A DNA stretch of 63,011 nt, the filler included, from Octopus bimaculoides (lineage: Eukaryota), in assembly GCF_001194135.2 (NCBI RefSeq). It is 8 parts of 8 records of this genome, joined end to end, with 100 filler letters (N's around TTAATTAATTAA, not from the genome) between each part and the next. Parts side by side here need not be neighbours in the genome. Positions count along the whole stretch, not along the records: positions 1 to 26,164 come from NC_068987.1; positions 26,265 to 41,367 come from NC_069000.1; 6 more parts are not named here. One strand, written 5' to 3'. The position numbers and the translations under genes were made by a program. Below the pieces are notes generated by a model, which saw nothing but the letters and a program-made list of their open reading frames with translations, did not search any database and was not told the DNA's origin. Within the stretch, counting starts at the first letter, position 1. Every line of letters begins with the position of its first letter. Below are positions 25,240-38,245 of the stretch, piece after piece.

Positions 25240-25790
25240 TCTTTTACTTGTTTCAGTCATTTGACTGCAGCCATGCTGGAGCACCGACTTTAGTCAAACA
25301 AATAGACCCCAGAATTTATTCTTTGCAAGCCTAGTACTTATTCTGTCGGTGTCTCTCTTGTCAAACTGCTAACATCGGCTGTCAAGCGACGGTAGTGGGA
25401 CAAACACAGACACACAAACACGCGCGCGCGCACACACACATACACACACACACACACACATACACACATACACACACATATATATATTCACTTCAACCTC
25501 TGTTAGACGAAACGCCGGCTCATCTTTGCCAGCTGAGTGGACTGGAGCAACGTGAAACGAAGTGTCTTGATCAAGAACATAATACATTGCCCAGTCCAGG
25601 AATCGAAACCAGTATCTTACAATCGTGAGAGGAACACCCTAACCAGACCGATAATGCGCTGTTGTCTGGAACAAAACACTTCTTTTCATGTTGATCTTCT
25701 CCACTCAGCTGTAAACGGCTACAGCCTGCGATGGGTTAGCGTTCTGTTCAAGGAGAATGTGGGCCTAATCGGTCAGTGAGCGGGTTGGCA
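25240..25790. mobile_element. SINE family A tail plus two family D (CORE-like) fragments
   Basis: Family A tail at 25240-25420 (minus). Family D motif cagctgagtggactggagcaacgtgaaac...cttgatcaagaac at 25520-25650 (minus) and about 25655-25790 (plus). Confidence 0.7.
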
Positions 25791-26100
25791 TTATTCGAAA
25801 ACTATACCATTGCGCTGCAGCATAATTTCATCAACTGTGGATAACAGCAGGTCGTAGTCAGGTCAATACGGTGGTATTGTGACATATACATGCATACATA
25901 CATACATTCATATAATATAAATAATATATATGACACATTTTTCTCTCTCCTTGTTTCTTTCTGTGTTCCTTTCTATGGAAGAGCGTAGGCACGAAACGTT
26001 AAAGACTTTTTCAATTCCCGAGCGTTATACTAATACATGTGTTTGTTTTCTACACCACCTGTCTTCGTCTGTTGTTTTTTTTGTGAATTCTCCCTATACA

Positions 26101-26131
<31 letters not shown>

Positions 26132-26412
26132 GCGCACACACACATATATATGTATATGTATATANNNNNNNNNNNNNNNNNNNNNNNNNNNNNNNNNNNN
26201 NNNNNNNNTTAATTAATTAANNNNNNNNNNNNNNNNNNNNNNNNNNNNNNNNNNNNNNNNNNNNATATTAATGGCTATATATATGTCTGTGTTTGTGTGT
26301 TTGAATGCATGTGACGCATGTATGGCTATGCATATTTATCTATGTATAAATGTTGTAAATATGCATATATGTATACATGTATACATATGCATGTTTCTAT
26401 GTATTTATACAC

Positions 26413-26455
<43 letters not shown>

Positions 26456-26869
26456 CGTGTGTGGAAGTGTATATGTGTGTATGTATGTATGTATGTGTGT
26501 GTATTCATGTATGTATGAAAAGTAGAACTCCAATAACGGGGACTTTTATTTTTGTGGCCTGACAATTTGCGTACGTTTTTTTTAATGTGTTCTAAACAGA
26601 TTGAAAACCAAAATGATATTCTCTAGAACTGAGACGGGTAGGGGTGTGGGTTACAGATGACTGGTAATAGAAACAGTGACAGCTATATCAGTGCACGCAT
26701 TGCCCTCTTCAAATCCTGATATCATGAAAGGTTCATGGACTGGCAATGTCAGAATATCGAGCGGTGCTGAAGCAAAGCTGGATTCAGAATATACGATTGG
26801 CGAAACGTTGCAATAAATGTTTGGAGCTCTTCAACTGAAAAGAGTGGAGTATTTATGACGACGTATGCA

Positions 26870-27185
26870 TAAGTAGCTTGCTTGCTAACCACATGGTTTC
26901 GGGTTCAGTTCCACTGTGTGGGACCTTGGACGACGAGTGTCTTCTCCTATAGCCTTAGGACGACCAAAGCCTTGTGAGCGAATTTGATAGACGGAAACTG
27001 AAATAAGGCGGTGAGCTGGCAGAAACGTTAGCACGCCGGGCGAAATGCTTAGCAGTATTTCGTCTGCCGTTACGTTCTGAGTTCAAACTCCGTTGGGGTC
27101 GACTTTGCCTTTCATCCTTTCGGGGTCGATAAATTAAGTACCAGTTACGCACTGGGGTCGATGTAATCGACTTGATCCCTTTACC
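26870..27185 (+). mobile_element. SINE family A head directly followed by SINE family B
   Basis: Family A head/CORE to ...gacggaaactgaaataa, then GGCGGTGAGCTGGCAGAAACGTTAGCACGCCGGGCGAAATGCTTAGC (27007-27185). Confidence 0.85.
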
Positions 27186-27212
27186 TTGTTGCACATTTTA
27201 TATGTTTACTCC

Positions 27213-27262
<50 letters not shown>

Positions 27263-27749
27263 TTACATATATTTATATACATATAAGTACGTATATGTAT
27301 GTACACATATAATATATATTATATATTTCGTATGTGTATTTATATATATATATATATGTATATATGTATATATATTATATATATATGTATACACACACAC
27401 AAACACACACACACACTACCTGGAATCTAATGGAAATCTAAAAGAGGAAAGAAATATAAGCAGCTGACAGAAGTAATTCACACCCATCTTCCCATCATCT
27501 TTTTCTAATTCCTAATTAAAGAATTGACAACCAAACTTCATCACAGCTGCCGGGGCTGAATAAAAATATATCTAGAAAAGTTTAGAAACAAAGCAATTTA
27601 TTCTGTAAACACTCTTTCATTTAAAATTCACAAAAGGATTGAGACTTCTTAAAATAATTATGTAAGATACACGCTTGCTAATACCGTCAAAAGAATTGTT
27701 TCATTAACTTTGCAGAAAGTCTTCAGATGTCAAGGTCATGTTTTAAGTG

Positions 27750-28290
27750 GAATGGTTGAATAATGTAACGGAAGAATAGTAGAATAATGAGATAGATGAA
27801 TAGCTGAATAGCATGATGGGTGAATAGCATAATAATGTGGTGTGTGAATTGCAGAATAATATGAAGGAAAAATAGCAGAATAATGTGATGAGTGAATGGG
27901 AGAATAATGTGATGGATGAATAGTAGATTAATGTTGTGGGTGAACAAAAGAATGATGTGATGAAAGAACAGTAGAATAATGCGATGGGTGAATAGAAGGA
28001 TAATGTGATAGGTGAATAACAGAATAATGTGAAGGGAGAATAGCAGAATAAGGTTAGGGATGAATAGTGGAATAACGTGATGTGTGAGTAGCGGAATAAT
28101 ATGCAAGGAAAATAGCAGAATAAGATGATGAATGAATAGCAGAATAATGTGGTTGGTGAATGGGTGATAATGTGATGTATGAGTAGCAGATTAATTATGT
28201 GGGTGAATAACAGAATGATGTGATTGACGATTAGCAGAATAAGGTAACGGGAGAACAGCAAAATAATGTAATGGGTGAATAGGAGAATGT
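27750..28290 (+). repeat. 24-bp minisatellite (about 22 degenerate units, consensus about AGAATAATGTGATGGGTGAATAGC)
   Basis: Direct periodicity. It produces the 8-aa FTHHIILL repeat ORFs. Confidence 0.9.
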
Positions 28291-28540
28291 TGTGATATGA
28301 CTGTTTTTAATATAGACGCTGGGTTCTATCCGTCCAGCATGGCCAATTTCAATTGAATAAAATGAAACAGTAAAACGAAAGAAAATAAAACTTCCGACTT
28401 TACTTCATAATCAATTTTTAATACCACATCCGAAGTTTTCTCAATACAATTTTATCTAAATACGAGTATTTTTTTTATTTGTTGCTGATTTGTCCAAGGT
28501 CAAACCTGCTCCAGACGACCTGTTGTCAATGGTATTTCAA

Positions 28541-28638
<98 letters not shown>

Positions 28639-29409
28639 CTTTCTCTCTCTCTCTCTCAGTCATTTTTATTACGATAATCACATACTGCAATATCAATCAT
28701 TACTTTGGAATGATGATTTCATCAAGACAATTCTTCTATACGACATCAGTCAGAAGTTTGTAACACAACACTTGGACATATCAATGTCAATAAAACCATT
28801 ATGACAACACGGTCATAGTACCCTGTCAACGATGACTTTCTGGTGATGCTCCCATACAATAATTCCAGACGGTGTCAATGAGATGACGGTTAAACTGTTA
28901 CTATTAAATAATTGACAATTGTAGTAGCCAAACTAAAACAACTACAGTGTCAGTCAGAATTTTTTTTCATGATATTTCCAAAGACAGTTTTAGGGTGACG
29001 TCTGTTATACAACACGCCATGAACATCCACACACACACACACACACAGCAGTGTCAATCAAAGTAACTATGCTGACGCTGTCAAACTATAGTGTCAGTTA
29101 AAACTTATTAATTTGTTTCCATAGAGTGTTGGGAACACAAGCACACCCGTACGCACAAACATGTACACACACGCATGAAACAATGTCAACAAAATACGCC
29201 ATAGGAATACTATCAGATTACGATGTGACAATCGTAAATTTCTGACCACGCTTTCATAAAGTGACATTGAAACATCAATAACATAAGACCGTCATAGCGC
29301 ATAATGACAATGAAAGCATTATGACAACACCGTCAAACCATACATTGAGTCAGTCAGAACTTCTTGGGATATTTCCATTTAGAGTGGCAGTGAGAGATCT
29401 CTTACAAAA

Positions 29410-29449
<40 letters not shown>

Positions 29450-29659
29450 CACACACGCGCGCACACACACGAACACACACACAGTGTCCACTGTCAGTCA
29501 ATCAATGAAGTATATAACATAGTAGTGTAGACTAAACAGATAAGAAAAAATATTAATTATGTTTATACCAAAACAGAAAAAGATTTTTTTTTTGTTTACA
29601 TCCAGGAGAATTTTCCAGAATTTTTTCCATTATCTTTAGCAGCAGAGTTATTAATGCAT

Positions 29660-30063
<404 letters not shown>

Positions 30064-30489
30064 GTTAAGTAGTATAAGTACCTTTTCTTCTTCCTTAAAA
30101 AGGTCAGGCAGCATATTTGCATAAGAAATAATAGCAACGATATTCGTTTCTTTCTTAGCCACAAAACGTGTTATACAAAACATTGCAAAATGTGCAGGGA
30201 TATATATATACATACATACATACATATGTATATATATATATATAAACAATGTATGAGTATATGCATATATATGTACATGTATGTACATACCTTCATCTAC
30301 ATATACATATAGATACATATCTGGGTACATGACGTTGCAAAAAAAAAACATGGACAAAATGATAAACAAGGTGCAAAAAACAAGCAGGCCACACAGAGAA
30401 CATATCCTTCATTAGCTGCCACCATTAAAACACTGGCCTTTCGAAGAGTTAGGGGCGGAAAGTCGCCTCATCGGCGAACGCACAACATA

Positions 30490-30640
30490 GGGTTGTTTTT
30501 ATGGAAGACCAGCATTCGCCCATGCATACCAGCCCCCCTCTCCACGCCACCAGTGTTATCCAAGGGGCCAATACAGCTTGACGCCAGTGACGTCGCAACT
30601 CATATCTACAGTTGAGTGAACTGGAGCAACGTGAAATAAA
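30490..30640 (-). mobile_element. SINE family D fragment
   Basis: cagttgagtgaactggagcaacgtgaaataaagtg matches the family D CORE-like domain. Confidence 0.7.
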
Positions 30641-31464
30641 GTGAAATACATACATACATACATACATACATACATACATACATACATAACACACATACAT
30701 ACATACATACATACATACATACATACATACATACATACAAAGATACATACATACATACATGCAAAATATGAAGACACGATAAAACGTTGGTTCACTAAAC
30801 CAATGCATATAAACATAGCGCACCCACACAGAGTGTCTACTCAAACAGGATCGATGTATCCCAAATCTCTGATCATCTAGTCACTGTCTGCTTCGAAATT
30901 CCCTCTAATAGTCATGGCTCAGGCATGAGTAGTCCCACTTTATCTGTGACATGGTTCGTCAGCTGTTCCTAAGCCACTACGACGTCTTTATCGACTATCT
31001 ATCACCTCAAACACCGGGACAACCCGTTCCTCATCTCATCCCTCTAAATTTGCGTTTCTCGAAATAGGCATTACGGTCCTCTGGAGCGGGAGCGAAAATT
31101 TTATCGCAATACTGTGGATGATAGGGATGGTAGACGTGATAGTTACTTCAGTACAGATCTTTTTTTTTCACTCTTGTCTCCTATTTAAATATTAACTTTA
31201 AAAATATTTTTTTATGTAAATACTATAAATTGCTTGTTAGCCATAACAACCACACTAACGATAACAATTATAATATCAACAATGACAATAGACTTAGCTA
31301 TATGCATAAATACATAAACAAAACCGAATATATGCTAAACTATGCTCGTAATTTATAAACAATAAGAGAATGTATATACGAAAAGACATTGTCGAAAATT
31401 GTGGGTCACAGCACATGCAGCGCTAGTAACGTTCTCATTGATATATTGCTCATTGTACGAACAG

Positions 31465-32580
31465 GAGCATGGTTCAGCGGTTAGAGCGTCAGGTTTTCAA
31501 CCCTTAGGTAGTGAGTTCAAATCCCGTACCGGGCTGTGTGTTTTGTTCTTGAACAAGACATTTTAATTCATGTTACTCCAGTTCACTCATCTGTAGAAAT
31601 GAGTTGTGACATCACTGGTGTCAAGCTGTATCGGTCTTTTCCTTTCCTTTGTATATCATCGGTAGTAATATGTATGTATAAGGTAGTGAACTGGCAGAAC
31701 CGTAAAGATGCAGGAGTTAGTGTTTCACGGTATTTCTTCTTACTGCCTACGTTCGTTCGGATTTCAAATTCCGTTGAGGTCAACTCTGCATTCTCTCCTT
31801 TAGGACTTGATAAAATAAAAATACCAGTCAATTACAAGGGTCAACATAATCTACTAAACCCTTCACCTTGTGCCAAAATTAGAAAGAATTATTTAAAGGT
31901 GATGGGCAGGTAAGAATCTTTAGAGCGTCAAAGCGGCGAGCTGGCAGAAGCGTTAGCATGCCGGACGAAATGCCTAGCGGTATTTCGTCTGCCGCCACGT
32001 TCTGAGTTCTAATTCCGCCGAAGTCGACTTTGCTTTCAACCTTTCGGGCTCGATACATTAAGCACCAGTTACGCATTTTGTCTGTCCTTGCTTGTCCCCT
32101 CTATGTTTAACTCCTTGTGGGCAATAAAGAAATAAGAATCTTTAGAGCGTTAAATTCAATGCTTTGCGGTATTTCTTCATAATGTTTATGTTCTGCGTTC
32201 AAATCATGCCGAGGTCAACTTTGCTATACATCCTTTCGAGATTGATAAAATAAAGTACTAGTCACGTTCTGGGAACGTGTAATCGGTTGGTTTCTTCACC
32301 TTAAAAAAATGCTGGACTTGTGCCAAAGTATGAATCAACTTGAAACAATATCATGCACCTATGAAGGCGGTGAGATGGCAAAAACATTAAAACGCCGGGC
32401 GAAATGCTTAGCGGTATTTCGTCTGTTTTTACATTCGAAGTCCAAATTCCGCCGAGTTCGGCAGTGCCTTTTATCCTTTCGAGGGACGATAAATTAAGTA
32501 CCAGTTGCGTACTGGGGTCAATCTAATCGACTGCCCCCCCCCCCACCAAAAAAAAATTTCGCGCCTTGTGCCTAGAGTAG
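31465..32580 (+). mobile_element. family D SINE followed by about 4 co-oriented family B SINEs
   Basis: 31465-31660 has head ggttcagcggttagagcgtcagg...gagttcaaatccc plus CORE. Family B copies at about 31680-31880, 31930-32135, 32140-32330 and 32365-32580. Confidence 0.8.
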
Positions 32581-33203
32581 AAAAGAATATTATGCACGTC
32601 TCATTTAAAACATTAGTATTTGAAAGAGGAATCCCACGTCGTTATACGATCTAGACAGATTATATTGCGAAAATCCTGTATTAACTCTATTGCTGATTAC
32701 TATGAATATTTTATTCATGCATACATTAAATATGTGTGGTTTCATACATTTCAATTAAAACTGGTTTGGTCCGTAATTGCTTTACTCTGTGCCATAAAAA
32801 TAATGATTTCCTGCAGCCAATAATATTATTTGTTGCTTTCTTTTTCTATCATAACATAATAAATCATATGAGCAAATTAACGAATAAAGAAATTAAAATA
32901 AGAAATAATGACACAGCAGTAGGCAGGATTATAAGTATGTTGACTTTTCCACTGTATCAGAAACATGACTCAATTTAGCAGTGGAAAAAAACAAACAACA
33001 AAAACTCCTAGATATAAAGTAATTAAAACAAGAACAGGAATAATAAAATAATAACAATAACAGCAACAACAACAATAATAATGTTGACTGCCTTAATACT
33101 TATAATAATGGTTTTAAATTTTAGCACAAGGTTAGCAATTTCAGAACGTGAAGACGGACCAAATGCTAGCGATTCTACCAGCTCGCTGCCTTGGCTAAAA
33201 TGG

Positions 33204-33261
<58 letters not shown>

Positions 33262-33268
33262 CAATAAT

Positions 33269-33340
<72 letters not shown>

Positions 33341-33911
33341 GATAATGATAATCATTTCTGTATTGGCCACAAGGAGAGAACACAAAACAAAAATGGACGA
33401 TGAAACAAATGGGTTAAGTCGGGCTTAGCATAAAAATTCTTGTATACATTAAAACAATAGGAACTAACAAAATATAGGCAATAACATTTCAAAAAGCCGG
33501 GAAGAGTATACCCAAGACAACCAAGGAACCCTACACATCCTGGTCACCTCGTGTGTCAAGAGCACCTCAAGCAGGCACTTCACTCTTTCTCAACACCTAC
33601 GCTACAATTTTGCGAATTAACAATTTTGCCATTTCCTCGCATTCCTCTCTTAAATAATAACAGTAATCCATTTTACCATTAGCGAAGACCATGGAATTTT
33701 GAAGAGAGGCTTCTAGTTGTTTTCACCAACCCCAGTACTTAACTGGTACTTATTTCATCAACCCCAAAAGGAGAGGAAGGCAAAGTAAACCCTCAAGGGA
33801 AACAGAAATGCAGCTAAGCGTTTTGACTGGCGTACTTACGATTCTGCTAGGTGACCGCCTTAATACTAATAATAATAGTTTTAAAGGCCATCAATTTCGG
33901 CAGAGGGGGAA

Positions 33912-34295
33912 GTGGGGATGCAATGGCCCAGTGGTTAGGGCAGCGGACTCGCGGTCATAGGATCGCAGTTTCGATTCCCAGACCGAGCGTTGTGAGTGTA
34001 TATTGAGCGAAAACACCTGAAGCGCCACGAGGCTCCGGCAGGGGATGGTGACGAACCCTGCTGTACTCTTCCACCACAACTTTCTCTCACTCTTACTTCC
34101 TGTTTCTGTTGTGCCTGTAATTCAAAGGGTCAGCCTTGTCACACGCTGTGTCACGCTCAATATCCCCGAGAACTACGTTAAGGATACACGTGTCTGTGGA
34201 GTGCTCAGTCACTTGCACGTTAATTTCACGAGCAGGCTGTTCCATTGATCGGATCAACTGGAAACCTCGACGTCGTAAGCGACGGAGTGCCAACA
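33912..34295 (+). mobile_element. SINE family C, full length
   Basis: Same head and tail as 10952-11331. Confidence 0.9.
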
Positions 34296-34940
34296 ACGAA
34301 ACTCTTATATGCCCGATAGAAGAATAAGCAATCAGTCTTCTGTTTACTCCATCGCTTCCTTTCCTTTATTCCTTTATTTCACAGTGCCCTAGTGTCTGTA
34401 TAATTGTTATAACACAAACAATAAAGCGATCACGTTGTAGTAATTCCTGCACCCATTAACTACTTCAGTGTATATGTTGTTCTAATAAGCCTATTCTGCC
34501 CAAGCACGGTTTAGTAACCCCGCATTATGTCTGACTCTATCTAGAAAACATCCCATAGCGTACCTCCTACTGTTCAATAAATGCTATTATTGCAAGGTTT
34601 TTATATCAACTACACTATACAAATCAAACATCAATAGACTACTACAACGATTTAAGTAGATGCTGTAATACTTAATATAGGGAACCAAAGCAAATTAATT
34701 AATTTAAATACTTTCCATAGCAGTTATGAAAAAAAAAAATGTATCAACATCGTAATTAATTCTGGTTTAAAGGCAGGAGGAGGCAATTCCAAAATTAAAA
34801 CCAATTGAAATTATATTAATGAATTATTCTCTCGCTGCGCGTGTTATTTTCCATTAATCAAAGCTATTCTTATTTTTTTTTGCACTTGTGTACTAAATTT
34901 CTTTTATCATACTGTGCTTTCATTTTACGTGTCTCATTAA

Positions 34941-35028
<88 letters not shown>

Positions 35029-35247
35029 NNNNNNNNNNNNNNNNNNNNNNNNNNNNNNNNNNNNNNNNNNNNNNNNNNNNNNNNNNNNNNNNNNNNNNNN
35101 NNNNNNNNNNNNNNNNNNNNNNNNNNNNNNNNNNNNNNNNNNNNNNNNNNNGCAGGGAATCGTCAATTAATAATAGAATTAATAATTAACAATTTTGCCA
35201 GGTATGTTGGAGAAGCAACTCAATGCTAATCCCTGTATATTTATGAT

Positions 35248-35282
<35 letters not shown>

Positions 35283-35528
35283 TATGTGTGAGTGTATACA
35301 TGTATGTATATATGTATACATGCATGTATCTATCTATGTATGTATGTATGCATGCATGCATGTATTTGTGTGTATTCTCACATATCTGCATTCTCACATA
35401 TTTCGTTATTTCATAATTCCATTTATTTGTCATAATTCATATTGTATGTATAGGATCTCGGGGGTCAAGAAATAATACAATAATAATTATATTAATAATG
35501 ATAATAATAATGATGATGACGACCATGA

Positions 35529-35574
<46 letters not shown>

Positions 35575-35578
<4 letters not shown>

Positions 35579-36005
35579 TGTTGTAGCTCCTGGTGTCTTG
35601 CATGCGTAGCGGGCTTACTAGATGTAGCCTATTCCTGCATTCTATTCGTTCTTTCCAGCTATCTAATATTTTTTCCTGATTATTCTGGCCGTGCCAAGGA
35701 GGCAAACCTTTCGTAACAGTCCTACTGGGAATTCTATTCCTTTATATTCCTCTTGATGCCTTCTGATATTGTCCCCCAAAGACTCAACAATAATAAGCAC
35801 TATCTTCACCTTCTTCATTTTCCATAGCCGGACAATTTCATACTTAAGAGGGTTGTATTTTTCTATTTTTTCGCGTTCCTTCGTAACTATTCATGGGTCA
35901 AAGAAGCATGCAACGTCAACTACATAGCATATGTGGTGCACCTTGTCCATCACCACTAAGTCCGATTGGTTATGCTCTAGCACTTGATCTGTTTCGATTT
36001 ATTCG
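35575..36005 (-). mobile_element. R4/Dong-type non-LTR retrotransposon 3' end (restriction-like endonuclease domain)
   Basis: Minus translation IETDQVLEHNQSDLVVMDKVHHICYVVDVACFFDP...EKIEKYNPLKYEIVRLWKMKKVKIV. The 3' end runs into (TAA)n. Confidence 0.8.
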
Positions 36006-36300
36006 CTGCTGACCTGTTCAGACATGTTTTCAAACTGCCTTTCGAAGATTTAACTGAAACAAGTTTAAACTATATTAAAGTCTAATTTTTGAATATCTTT
36101 TTATACGTAGAGTTGGATGTTTGCCCACACACGATCCAGACGATTGAAAGTTTTTATCAGATTATTTTATTCTATTTTATATTTTCTTTATTTTGTCTGC
36201 ACACACGTAAAACCTGGAGAGGATTTGTATCGAGCAAAATTAGACAGCATGAAGGTCGATGTACTTCCACGGAATTTAAATAGAAAAGCAGAAGACTCAC

Positions 36301-36450
36301 AGAAACATTTTGCAACGAAGTACATGCTCTTTGGAGAGGAAAGATCTTAAGCGTTCTGTAAGACATTGACGCTGAGAAGAGCGGTTTTAGCGAACAGCGC
36401 CATTGTGAATTAAAGTACTTTGGTTCAGTACCCTTCTCGGAAGTGGAATC
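36301..36450 (-). other. candidate first exon (CpG-rich, strong donor)
   Basis: Donor TTTCT|gtgagt. ATG at 36366 gives MSYRTLKIFPLQRACTSLQNVS in phase 0 to the donor. An upstream ATG in good context (cacaATGG) gives an 18-aa overlapping uORF. Confidence 0.3.
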
Positions 36451-37361
36451 GAAACCTCGACCATGAACGGACTATTATTGATTGATGAGTTTGGTTCTGC
36501 TGTTACCTTTGAAAGAAACCAGTTGTGCAACAAGAGACGATAATGGTGAGAAATAAGAGTAAACTTAAATAATGAACATGGAAAGATGACATGGGGATAT
36601 GCAAAAATTCATAGAGAGAAGGGGGAGAAAGAAAGAAAGAGTGGGGAAGCGAGAAGAAGACAGAGAAGCAGACACACTGAGACAGACATAAAGACAGCTA
36701 TGCGTACGTTCACAAGCAAACATATATACATAGACACTGGGGAAATATGAAGAGATGTTTTAAGAAAGAAGAGATGCAGACGTGCAAGATAGAGTGACGG
36801 GAAGGAAGAGGAAACACAGAAAGTATATCGTCACAGTTTGGCAATAACTCCATTAGCAAGCTACAGCGTAACAGTCAACCGATTCCTTAGCATTTGCAGT
36901 AAGAACACAAACAGTAACAACAGCTACATCAACAATAACAAACAGCAACAACAACAAACAACAAACAACAGTGACAGAAACGACAACGACATGAAGGATA
37001 TTGCAGCGATTGCTTGTTATTTTTCGTCTTCAGGGGTTACGTTTCCTCCGCCCAACCATTTCTTCCGTCTCTCCACCCACGACTGTTCCCTCCACCCGAT
37101 CAACTGACATGTTATCCTCTCTTCTTTCACCTTTCTTTCATTCTTCAAGTTATTACACCTGACAGTTTTAATGTTTTTTCAATACACCTGTCGAATCCGC
37201 CTTCCCAGCATGCTTTGTTGCTCTCTCGATGCAGCAGACAGCAAATGTAATAGTTACACTTGTTGCATGCAATGGCTTCAAGACTTCAAAGTAAATATTA
37301 GCCGTCTTACCCCCCAAACACACCCATCATTCTCTACCCCTTCACACACGCGCACACACAA

Positions 37362-37475
<114 letters not shown>

Positions 37476-37734
37476 CCTCTCGGTAGAAGACAGCTTGAAA
37501 AGTCTATGAGTACGCATCTACCTTTTCAGAATAAGCGATGTCAAAGAGAACTTTTAATCTTTTTGGCGGTTCCGATGAAATTTCCTTTGACTCTTGTTTG
37601 CATCATATCTAAGCATCTTGCATTTATCAAACACCATTCAGCAAGTTGGCACCATCATAATCTTGACATAAATCTTTGTGTGCGTGTATATATGTGAGTG
37701 TATGTGTGTGTATATATGTTTATATATTTCTTCT

Positions 37735-38245
37735 ATTCTTTAACTTGTTTTAGTCATTTGACTGCGGCCATGCTGGAGCATCACCATAAAGCGTATTTTT
37801 GGTCGAAGAAATCGACCCCAGGACTTAATCTTTGCAAGCCTAGTACTTATTCTATCATTCTCTTTCGTCGAACCGCTAAGTTACAATGACGTAGACACAC
37901 CGACATCGGTTGTAACTTAGCGGTTCGCGGTCTGTCAATACTATTCGTGTAAATGTATGATAAATATGTACTCTAAGAAATGTATTGAGTAATTCTTTAG
38001 TTCAATGTGAAATTGATTTTATTATAGCTGGACACAAGGTGGCGTGCTGGCAGAATTGTTAGCACGTCAGATAAAATGCTAAGCGGTATTTCTTCTGCCC
38101 TTACGTTCCGAGTTCAAATTCAGCCGAGGTCAGCTTTACTTTTCATTCTTTCGGGGTCGATAAAATAGAGTACAAGTTGAGCACCGGGGTCGATCTAATC
38201 GACTGGGCCCTCCCCACGTTTCAAGTCTTGTAGCTATAGTAGAAA
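37735..38245. mobile_element. SINE family A tail (minus) and family B copy (plus)
   Basis: 37735-37930 is a family A tail. 38035-38245 reads ggcgtgctggcagaattgttagcacg...ggggtcgataaaatagagtac. Confidence 0.8.

Noticed and set aside
25971-26010. GAAGAGCGTAGGCACGAAAC motif (and similar at about 23000, 40460 and 5490) as hammerhead ribozymes
   Set aside because: They have partial core or GAAA resemblance but no consistent stem I/III or NUH triplet. At most they are decayed Penelope-like ends.
5474-26220. Long ORFs containing X runs (e.g. 7889-8969, 23992-25293)
   Set aside because: They only span N gaps flanked by (TA)n, so they carry no coding information.
30440-30478. CCGATGA-GGCG..CGCC motif as an active hammerhead
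   Set aside because: GAAA is replaced by CCTAAC. Used only as supporting evidence for the CCGAUGA core.
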